A DNA stretch of 64,000 nt from assembly GCA_965205025.1 (NCBI GenBank), contig CBDBFU010000032.1, positions 1-64,000 on the forward strand, read 5' to 3'. The translations under genes and the position numbers were made by a program. The notes under the pieces were generated by a model. The model was not told the origin of the DNA and did not search any database. It saw only the letters and a list, made by a program, of their open reading frames with translations. This stretch comes from Candidatus Poribacteria bacterium. Its GTDB lineage: Bacteria > Poribacteria > WGA-4E > WGA-3G. This document shows, piece after piece, positions 51,136 through 59,756 of the stretch; within the stretch, counting starts at the first letter, position 1; every line of letters begins with the position of its first letter.

Positions 51136-51233
51136 TTAATTGAACCATCGGAGAATTGGACTCTAATGAAATCCTCTCCAATTTCGTAATTAGTGATTCC
51201 AGAATCGCCTCCAACATTTGCATATACTTCCAT
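51096..51233 (-). pseudogene. Truncated small protein (KTSC-like, GGDSG..YEIG.D.I.VQFSDG family)
   Basis: AGGAGG RBS then MEVYANVGGDSGITNYEIGEDFIRVQFSDGS; the expected C-terminal half is absent. Confidence 0.55.
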
Positions 51234-51362
51234 TTTTCCTCCTGTTGATTTTGCATTAATTTGTAAGGAAATTATATTTTTATTTTACAATAAATTTCTG
51301 TTGACCCACTGCGGTAGCTCCTGAATACAAGGAATTGACCAACTGTAGATCTTGTAAAAGTT

Positions 51363-52121
51363 ACGTTTTATCACCATCATCGTTGGCGTGTAATATATCT
51401 TCGTTTCCAGAACAATTTAATTCCAGTAATACCAGAATGCCAAGATTTTAGTATTTCAGGTCTAAGTTTTATTTGTAGATACGAAATGATACTTAAGACG
51501 AGAAGGTTCCTCTCAAGTTCTCTATCACAAATTATCTATCTTCGTAATTTGCACTTTTTACAAACTTAAAAAATATGACCCCCTCTATAATTAAATGACC
51601 CATGTTTTATACTTCAAAAGGTGCAAAATCGTAAATAAGGTGTATTTTATTTTCATTTATACTGTTTTCGATAAATTTAAACCTATAAGAAACAACAGTA
51701 TGATAATATATTTTACCTGACAGAACATGCTGCAGAAAACCAAAAGTAGAAGTTTTACACCTGAATTTTAGGCACAAGTGCTGTGTAAAGTGAGAGAGGT
51801 ACGTTTTACCACCATCACCGTTGACGTGTAGTATCTTCGTTTCCTGAACCATCTAATTCCAGTAATCCCAGAATTCCAAGATTAGAGGATTTCAAGTCTA
51901 AGTTTTATGTAATTTCTTAGTCGTGATGATTCTTTTTCAGTGATTACCCATCCTCTTCATTTGTAGGTACGAAATGATACTTAAGACGATAACGTTTGCT
52001 CTCAAGTTCTCTATCACAAATTATCTATCTTCGTAATTTGCACTTTTTACAAACTTAAAATATGACACCCTCTATAATTAAATGACCCATGTTTTATACT
52101 TCAAAAGGTGCAAAATCGTAA
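51363..52121. repeat. Imperfect tandem duplication containing two more copies of the ECF-type promoter
   Basis: 51363-51634 resembles 51801-52121; promoter copies at 51583-51628 and 52070-52115 on the minus strand. Confidence 0.85.
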
Positions 52122-52194
52122 AAAAGTATATTTTATAGTATAATATTCCTTGTATTTAGGTAAGTAACATACCTCTTTTATACCTCTTTTATCT

Positions 52195-52239
52195 TTTTGC
52201 ACCTTTTGCCTCTATTTAAATGTGTCTTTATTAATAGAG
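52195..52239 (+). promoter_or_regulatory. Putative autoregulatory ECF promoter
   Basis: TTTTGCACCTTTTG-N-TGTGTCTTTATTAATAGAG, 86 bp upstream of the ECF start codon. Confidence 0.6.
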
Positions 52240-52324
52240 GGAGTCTAATCATTAGGTGTAAATAAATCTAAACCTACCGTTTGTGATTTAATAATATAAT
52301 ATAAGGTTAATAGGGAGATGTATC

Positions 52325-55186
52325 ATGGCAGAAAACAGTGTTGAATTAATTGCAAGAATTTTGGATGGCGACAAACAAGCATTTAATACTTTAATAAGCA
52401 AGTACCAAAAAAGAACTCATGCACTTGCTTGGAAGATGACAGGTGATTACGAGACCGCTGAAGAAATCACACAAGACGTATTTGTCAAAGTATATAACAA
52501 ATTGCATACACTTAGAAATCCAAAGCAATTTGATGGATGGCTCTATGTAATTACAAGGAGATTATGCATTAATTGGATGGAACGGAAGCAATCCAATATG
52601 AGATCGTTAGAGCAGATTTCAACGGAGGAATTAGATGAGATTTCTTATCGGCAATATGAATTGCAATTAATAGAAACAAATACTATCGAAGATAAACAGG
52701 ATATTGTCAAGGAGCTCTTGTCAAAATTGCCAGAAAGTGAACGAACGGTAATAACACTCTACTATATCGGCGATATGACGCCAACAGAGATAAGCAAAAA
52801 ATTAGGTGTATCCGTGAACACAATTAAAGCCAGATTACTACGTGGACAAAAACGTTTACAAGCGAAAGGGAAATCTATAATTAATGAAAATCTTGAAAGT
52901 GTACAACTTTCTACCGATCTAACTGAGAGTATCATGAAACAGATTCAAGATCTCAAACCTGAGCCAGTTGTTGCCAAACCGTTTCTCCCATGGACTGTTC
53001 TCGGTGCTTCATTCGTTTTAGTACTTCTACTGTTAGGTGCGATGAACCATTATATCACTCACTTTCAGCAACCTTATAATTACGAGGCATTATCAGAACC
53101 TACAATTGAAATCGTTGAATCCCCTATAACTGTTGATATTGTTACAAATACAGTTGAGCGTAAACGTTTAGTTGGAAATATAAGTAGTAATAATAGCAAT
53201 GGAAGAAGTCCACAGATATCTGAAACTGTTATAGATTCCAATAATCAGAATAACCCACTCAAATTATCTACTGCTGATTGGACATACATCGGAAAACCAA
53301 GTGGAACCACTATTTTCAATATTTTCTCTACTTCAGAAGATGATCTCTATGCAAGTGCAGGTACAGGTATTTATAAATTAGTTAAGAGTACAAATACATG
53401 GTCAAATGTCACCGCAGATATTCCTATTCATGGACACTTATCCCCAATAGCACATTATAAAGGAGCGATTTATGCTATCAACGGTTCCAATATACATTCT
53501 TCAACTGATAAAGGTAAAACTTGGGAGGTAATGTGTTCAATACCACAAGGAATTGAAATTGGATTAATAGTGCAAAATAATACCTCAGCAGGTAATTCAG
53601 ACGATAATATTGTAATGTATCTCGCTTTAGAAAAAAAAGGAGTATTTAAATCAATTGATTTAGGTAAACAATGGACACCTATGAATAAAGGCTTGGAGGA
53701 TAAGAAAATTACGGTCTTAGATACAATTGATAACGCACTAATTATTGGTACGAATCAAGGCATTTATCGGTTGAATTCAGGTATATGGGAAAAATTGCCA
53801 GTTGATCCGTATAGAAAAATCGAATCTTTGGCAGTATATAAACATAATCTTTATATTCTAACAGGTCCAGAGTCTCAAGAGGTTTCTAAGACTAACTCAC
53901 AACTTTTAAGATCCGAAGCGAAACATGATAAATCGCGTCGTATTTTCCACTCAGAAAATCTGGGTGACTCTTGGAGAGAGATCACACCTAAAAACAACCT
54001 TTTATCAATTAAACTTTCAATTGGTAAATATACAAAGATTTCAGCAAACGGAAAATCACTGTATGTATATGGAACTTATACAATGCACTCAATGGATCAA
54101 GGGAAATCATGGGATGCGCTTCAACCCTATATGACTTCAATTAGACCAAGATATCCTTCTGTATTCTCACTGACCAAAGATACTTATTACAATATCAATA
54201 TGTCCGGTCTTCACCGTTCAACTGATAATGGTACCACATGGCAACCGTTCATGGATGGCATTTTGGGAACAAGTGTCTTCGATATGATAGCATTTAATAA
54301 TAGATTATATGTGAATACTGGTAATATCATTCTTGTACAGACAACCGATGAAAGAGGGTGGGAATCAATACCTGTTTATTCTTGGAAATCTACAGGGAAA
54401 GCAGTTCCAATTACATACCAACACCTCAACCATCTTACTGAATCAAAGTTTGCAATAGTCAATAATGTACTTTATGGAATTAGTCATCGAGGAAGTAAAC
54501 TGTATATTTACAAATTATCGGCATACGATACTCATTTTTCATTGATAAAAATGATACCTTTTAGTCAACTTACAACGAATTCTGATAGACATTCTACCTT
54601 TGGCACTTTTACTGTAAGTGATAATATATTCTATATAGAATTCAATTACAGACTATTCAAATGGGAAGATGGAAGTTCAAAAATAGAAAATACAGGCATA
54701 ATTGATACGACTAAATACTCTAATGTCAAATTTACAGGAGGATTAAAGGTCGCAGCTTTATCAGATACTGTTTATGTTGGCAAACGGGATGGAAGGCTTC
54801 TTCGATCAGATGATCGTGGGAACAATTGGCAAGACATGACATCAAATCTTCCATTCACTGTCTCAAATTTCAAAGATATTACCTTTGTTGGAAATACCGT
54901 TTATGTTTCTACAGACAAAGGTGTTTTGGCTTCACAAAACGGAGACCACTGGTGGAGATTAACTAATACTGAAGGGAAACATATTATTATAGATAAATTC
55001 ACTATTCATAAGTCAAACATATATGGGGCAAGTGATACTGGTGCTTATTACTTAGATCAACAAGGTAAATGGGAACAAATCTATCCAAACATACAAGATA
55101 AGGTTATTTCTTTAACTTGCACTAACAATAAACTCTATATCGTTACTGAACAGCAAGGCATACGCTATGCATCCATAAAGAAATAA
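52325..55186 (+). CDS. ECF sigma-70 factor fused to a TM segment and an extracytoplasmic BNR/Asp-box beta-propeller
   Basis: Region 2 (AEEITQDVF...FDGWLY), region 4 (LPESERTVITLYY...VSVNTIKARL), TM (LPWTVLGASFVLVLLLLG) and multiple S.D.G.(T/S)W Asp-boxes. Confidence 0.93.
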   Translation: MAENSVELIARILDGDKQAFNTLISKYQKRTHALAWKMTGDYETAEEITQDVFVKVYNKLHTLRNPKQFDGWLYVITRRLCINWMERKQSNMRSLEQISTEELDEISYRQYELQLIETNTIEDKQDIVKELLSKLPESERTVITLYYIGDMTPTEISKKLGVSVNTIKARLLRGQKRLQAKGKSIINENLESVQLSTDLTESIMKQIQDLKPEPVVAKPFLPWTVLGASFVLVLLLLGAMNHYITHFQQPYNYEALSEPTIEIVESPITVDIVTNTVERKRLVGNISSNNSNGRSPQISETVIDSNNQNNPLKLSTADWTYIGKPSGTTIFNIFSTSEDDLYASAGTGIYKLVKSTNTWSNVTADIPIHGHLSPIAHYKGAIYAINGSNIHSSTDKGKTWEVMCSIPQGIEIGLIVQNNTSAGNSDDNIVMYLALEKKGVFKSIDLGKQWTPMNKGLEDKKITVLDTIDNALIIGTNQGIYRLNSGIWEKLPVDPYRKIESLAVYKHNLYILTGPESQEVSKTNSQLLRSEAKHDKSRRIFHSENLGDSWREITPKNNLLSIKLSIGKYTKISANGKSLYVYGTYTMHSMDQGKSWDALQPYMTSIRPRYPSVFSLTKDTYYNINMSGLHRSTDNGTTWQPFMDGILGTSVFDMIAFNNRLYVNTGNIILVQTTDERGWESIPVYSWKSTGKAVPITYQHLNHLTESKFAIVNNVLYGISHRGSKLYIYKLSAYDTHFSLIKMIPFSQLTTNSDRHSTFGTFTVSDNIFYIEFNYRLFKWEDGSSKIENTGIIDTTKYSNVKFTGGLKVAALSDTVYVGKRDGRLLRSDDRGNNWQDMTSNLPFTVSNFKDITFVGNTVYVSTDKGVLASQNGDHWWRLTNTEGKHIIIDKFTIHKSNIYGASDTGAYYLDQQGKWEQIYPNIQDKVISLTCTNNKLYIVTEQQGIRYASIKK

Positions 55187-55227
55187 GTTCTTGTTCAACA
55201 TTGAATCTTCACATATAGGTTATAAAT

Positions 55228-55515
55228 ATGAACAAAAATTATAAATATGAAGGTGTACATCTCAAGCCTCAAATTGCCGAAAAGCTTATTTTAAAACTAT
55301 TCTCAGGAAAAACTGTTACCAGAAGCGAAATTGACACGGGGGTAATTCAATTTCATGAATCGGCAGGTGGTCTTCCATCAACTGCTAAGACAAACCCAAT
55401 TCGTACTGCTCTGAGATATCTAAAGGAAAATGGTCTCGCAGAAAACATTTCCAAAGGACCTGGTAGCACTTGGCGGATATCAAATTCAGTAATTGTATCT
55501 TCTATGAATTTGTAG
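55228..55515 (+). CDS. Small winged-helix-like hypothetical protein, possibly a fragment
   Basis: LFSGKTVTRSEI...IRTALRYLKENGLAENI...TWRI wHTH-like pattern. Confidence 0.5.
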   Translation: MNKNYKYEGVHLKPQIAEKLILKLFSGKTVTRSEIDTGVIQFHESAGGLPSTAKTNPIRTALRYLKENGLAENISKGPGSTWRISNSVIVSSMNL

Positions 55516-55609
55516 ACCATATTTTGAATTGGCAATCTATTAGTCCGTTTTAGTAAAATGATAGACAGATAGCGTAAAGGCTACCTGTCTATACTTAATA
55601 TTCGGTTAT

Positions 55610-56170
55610 TTAATCTACACTCACGGATACAGAGTTTTCATGATTGAGTTGAGTATCAGGATTTAGTATAGGTTGGGAGTTAGAACCAGATTCTGCAGGA
55701 TTGATCAATTCTACAGTAAGACGACCATTTGCCCCACTGTATGCTGTGGTTACACTAATGTTCTGAGGTAGATTACCTATTTGTGGTTGCCTAAACACAT
55801 TCGTACTATATTCCCACCATGGACCATTAAATTTCTTTTCGATTGAAATAGAGTTTACTCCTACTATATTTATCGATGCCGAAAGACCATACTCTCCACT
55901 ATAATTAGGACTATTAGCATAGGAATGGAAATTTGCACTGCAACTAAACACATCCTCACCAGCGTCTATTCTATATAAACCTTTCTTGATGTATCAACTT
56001 CTAAGGGACCGTCCCCATCCGCACAACGTTCCCAGTTGCCATCCCATATTCGGGAAATCATCAAAAGTTCCAGATTTCCTGAACTCAGAATCAGTTGCCT
56101 GAACTATACCATTAATTATCACTCCGCTGATTATTACTACAATTAGTAAACTATAAACAAATCTTCTCAT
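55610..56170 (-). pseudogene. Small secreted protein of module C, interrupted by an in-frame TGA
   Basis: ATG 56170 gives signal peptide MRRFVYSLLIVVIISG; TGA at 55994-55996; same frame continues FSCSANFHSYANS to 55610. Confidence 0.7.
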
Positions 56171-56186
56171 AATAGAAATTCCTTCC

Positions 56187-56936
56187 TTATTTTAAATCTA
56201 AAAATTGATATGGGTCAATACCTCCGTCAGTAGAATCAATTATCTTAATTCCTGGAGGGCACATCACTTTCTTTAAGTACACCTTTTGTTTCAATGATAT
56301 CTCTGAGAGATTTCCCGGCTTCTCTATCACCGGATACACCAGTTGCATATCTTTCCACGGTGCCGTCGGATCTCACTCGATCTTTCCATTCAACATAAAC
56401 AGTACCGGAATATTCACATATATCTTCCCGTTTATCATCGCCCCACCGAGTGAATGTATACCTTGCTTCCACAATTTGATTTGGACACGCAATAGTAATT
56501 CATGTGCTACAGTAAGAGATTTTGGGTTATCCCAAATATTTCTGTGCCGGATAATCAACTGGAATCTCAGGAAAAGGACCAAAACCGTTGAATGAAACCG
56601 GTCTCTTTGTAGGTTCAGGGAATCGTTTCTCTGTTGATAGACCTATATCATCATGTATCACCTCTTTCACGAACAAGTCCGCATTTTCAGTTCGGTTCTC
56701 TGAAGATTCTGTTAGATTTTCCTCAGATTTAGACATCTCAGGCGTTGACACCTTTGGCTGCCTATTTATCTGATCATTTTTCGACAAAACCAATTGTGAC
56801 CTAACATCAGTATCAGCAAGCTGCTGACTGAATAATGCTATTGAATGTTCATGAAAGAGGTAACACACACCAGAAAAAAGAACAAGAAAACATAACCCAC
56901 CAAGTATCCATTTGTTTACATAAGTTCTTGAATCAT
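56187..56936 (-). pseudogene. Frameshifted FGFGP-family partner of module C
   Basis: Pieces in different frames: MIQEL / NKWILGG...SFNGFGPFPEIPVDYP / HELLLRVQIKLWKQG...IYVNIP / GTVYVEW / PPGIKIIDSTDGGIDPYQFLDLK; homologous to 48989-49774. Confidence 0.85.
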
Positions 56937-57016
56937 ATTTACCTCGTTTAAATAATTGTCTCGTTATAGTAGTAAAATATCTAATGCAGTTTAAAATTAA
57001 AAACATCAGACACCTT

Positions 57017-57060
57017 CTATAATTAAAAGACATATAATTTAGAGGTCATAAGGTGCAAAA
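57017..57060 (-). promoter_or_regulatory. Putative ECF-sigma promoter upstream of module C
   Basis: Minus strand TTTTGCACCTTATG-N12-TGTCTTTTAATTATAG. Confidence 0.6.
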
Positions 57061-57424
57061 AATGAATATGTAGAATTAAATGAATACGCAGATTTGTTAT
57101 ATTCTCACAATTCTGTGTTATAAAATTGAGCCATCATATTCTAAGATTAGATACAAGGACCTCCTAAGAAATACCCCATAGGCATCAACAATTAAGTCTT
57201 ATGCCAACTTCGGTTGGACACTACATTAGGGATTTCTAATAGTACTAAACTTTGGACAATTATATGTGATACACATTTCGCACTGCTGAGGCTGCGTTTT
57301 TGGGGCATCTATAGACGTCAATTTAGTGAGATTAACGAGTTGTGCTAAATAACTTTTAGCAACCAATAATTTCACATATATAATAGTTGATATGAATATC
57401 CTACATTAGTTAAGACTTTTCTTT

Positions 57425-57502
57425 AGTCCCGTAGGGACGGAATGTCTATAGAAAACCTATGAAAAACCTAAGTTGAGTCCCGTAGGGACGGAATGTCTAT
57501 AG
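57425..57502 (+). repeat. Tandem REP doublet
   Basis: AGTCCCGTAGGGACGGAATGTCTATAG twice at 51-bp spacing. Confidence 0.85.
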
Positions 57503-57710
57503 TAAAAAACCAAAATCCGTAAAAACAACAAATACATTTAGTTAACTGGCACAAGTCGTGAGATTAGTATATTTTTAGTTTGTTTTGGGGTGTCTGAACC
57601 ACGGATTACGCGAAACAGAGTGTTAGGAGAGGATAAGGAGTAACACCAATTCTAATAAATAATATGTCATCACATAAATTTTATGGAATTGAATATTGTT
57701 GGGAACTATC

Positions 57711-57760
57711 TTCTGTAGGAGCGACCTCTCGGTCGTAACATGGAGATTGCCCCTACAGAA
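57711..57760. repeat. REPIN-like inverted GTAG/CTAC doublet
   Basis: TTCTGTAGGAGCGACCTCTCGGTCG...CCCCTACAGAA. Confidence 0.65.
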
Positions 57761-57771
57761 TTTCCACCCTC

Positions 57772-57815
57772 AAGGATGATCCTGAATTTGCTAAATACTC
57801 TCTCAGGACATCCTT
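57772..57815 (-). terminator. Stem-loop downstream of the oxidoreductase gene
   Basis: AAGGATG(A)TCCTGA...TCAGGACATCCTT inverted repeat. Confidence 0.45.
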
Positions 57816-57839
57816 AATGGTCAGACAGATAAGACAAGT

Positions 57840-58886
57840 CTATACAGACAATTCAGACAACCTTACAGTCTTCCCACCGGCTTCAGCAGATTGATCAGCA
57901 GCAAACACAACACGATGCGTTTCAAAGGCTGTATCGAAATCGGTCAATGGCATCGGTTCATTTCTACCAATACTATCTATAAACGCTTGAAACTGCGGTT
58001 CATACGGATGATCACTCACATCACCAGAATCTATCAGTGATGTTTCAAGGTTACTCCATTTACTCTTATCCATACCTTTCAGTTTAGCAGAATAGATCTT
58101 ATTATCAAGCAAACTCCCTTCACTTCCAACAAGATGAATATGAAAATAATACGGTTGTAGACAATCTACACACGAAGTCACCTTACCAATCTTCTGTCCA
58201 CCCTCAAACTTAAGTAAACTCACACTGGTGGTCTTATATTCATACGGTTGAAATACTTCTCCGGCAGATTGTGTATGATAACTGGTAACCTCTTCCACAT
58301 CTCCATCCATAAAAAACAGAAGCGCATCAAGGGCATGACACCCTGCGGTTAACAAAGTACTGCCACCAAAATCCTTCTTGATATTCCATTCATACTGACC
58401 ATACCAAGGTCCAATCCCATGGTAGTAATCCACTTCAGCGTAGTGTAGTTCTCCCAACAATCCGTTATCAATAACTGAACGAATCATCGTAAAATGAGCA
58501 CTATATCGGCACTCAAAGCATACACACACATGCACACCATTGCTCTTAACAGCATCTCTTATCGCTTTTGCATCGTCGTATGTCAGACAGATAGGTTTTT
58601 CGATGATGAGATGTTTTCCTGCTTCTGCAGCAGCAATTGCTTGTTCCGCATGAAACGGATGTGGTGTACAGATATCAATAATGTGTACATCAGGATCAGC
58701 AAGCATCTTATCATAAGCAGTATACGCTTTTAATGGTGTACCGTAAGTCTCCTCTAATACTGATTCATCATGTTCACGACGCGAACAGATCGCAGTAACA
58801 TCTGATCCTGCTATTGCTTTAAAAGCTTCAATATGTGCTCCCGCAACCCAACCCAGACCAACAATACCTACATTTAAGTTTGCCAT
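57840..58886 (-). CDS. Gfo/Idh/MocA oxidoreductase
   Basis: VGLGWVA, IEKPI and GCHALD. Confidence 0.92.
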   Translation of the reverse strand: MANLNVGIVGLGWVAGAHIEAFKAIAGSDVTAICSRREHDESVLEETYGTPLKAYTAYDKMLADPDVHIIDICTPHPFHAEQAIAAAEAGKHLIIEKPICLTYDDAKAIRDAVKSNGVHVCVCFECRYSAHFTMIRSVIDNGLLGELHYAEVDYYHGIGPWYGQYEWNIKKDFGGSTLLTAGCHALDALLFFMDGDVEEVTSYHTQSAGEVFQPYEYKTTSVSLLKFEGGQKIGKVTSCVDCLQPYYFHIHLVGSEGSLLDNKIYSAKLKGMDKSKWSNLETSLIDSGDVSDHPYEPQFQAFIDSIGRNEPMPLTDFDTAFETHRVVFAADQSAEAGGKTVRLSELSV

Positions 58887-59756
58887 AATTTTTTCTCCTT
58901 ATTTCATTATGTTTCTGACATTTTACCACAAATCTTGATTTTAAGGATATATACATTGAAGAAATTAAAAATAATATGAAGAAAATATATTCATCTAACA
59001 ACTAAAATACATAACACAATAACATAAGATAAAAATAAAATCTTTGTCATAATGAAAATAAAATTGTATAATACTATATCGTTCAATTTTTGTAAACCAA
59101 AACTAATAGGTTGTTAATAGGAATATGAGTCGGAAAGGATAAGGATACAAACTAAAAACCAATAACGAAAAACAAATGACTATCTATAAAAACGATCCTA
59201 ATTACCAAATTACATTTACCTCAAAAAATATGCAACTTTTCCCTATTTGGAATGTCAAAATCAGGAAGGACAACAAAAACACAAAATCACATTTTTTTGA
59301 AATTCTTATAAATCAAATTCAAACTACTATGAACCCAGTATACGACAAGGGTTATAGGGGTAATTTACACCAATTTCAATGTCACACCGTGTGACAAAAA
59401 GTGTAACTTTTTTCCTTTTTTTCGACGCATAGACTCATGCTACAACAACACGATCCACTGTCTGAGTATTTAGGATTAAATGTCTGTTTTTATACACTAT
59501 TTTCTGTCTGTATATTAGGATTAAATGTCTGTTTTTATACCTTCTTTAACAATCAGAAATATCAGTTACTGAAGAGGATTTTTCAAGACTAATATATGAC
59601 AATATTTACACACACCTTCTCATATTCAGGTTGACGTACATACAATAAAATGATATACTTAAACGGATTTAAAATATTAACTCATAAGAATATTGCAAAC
59701 TACTTGAGGATAGGACTAAATATAGAAAAATGAGACTTTTCTCTGGAGGAAATACC

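Noticed and set aside
51607-51852. 81-aa ORF in the duplicated region
   Set aside because: Spans the junction of duplicated blocks and an antisense IS3 remnant; the other copy is not open
59045-59062. TGTCATAATGAAAATAA as the partner end of the TGTCATAGTGAGTAA element
   Set aside because: Short match in very AT-rich DNA, and it faces away from the modules, so it cannot enclose them
59470-59540. 26-bp direct repeat as a CRISPR
   Set aside because: Two copies only, a 19-bp spacer and no palindrome
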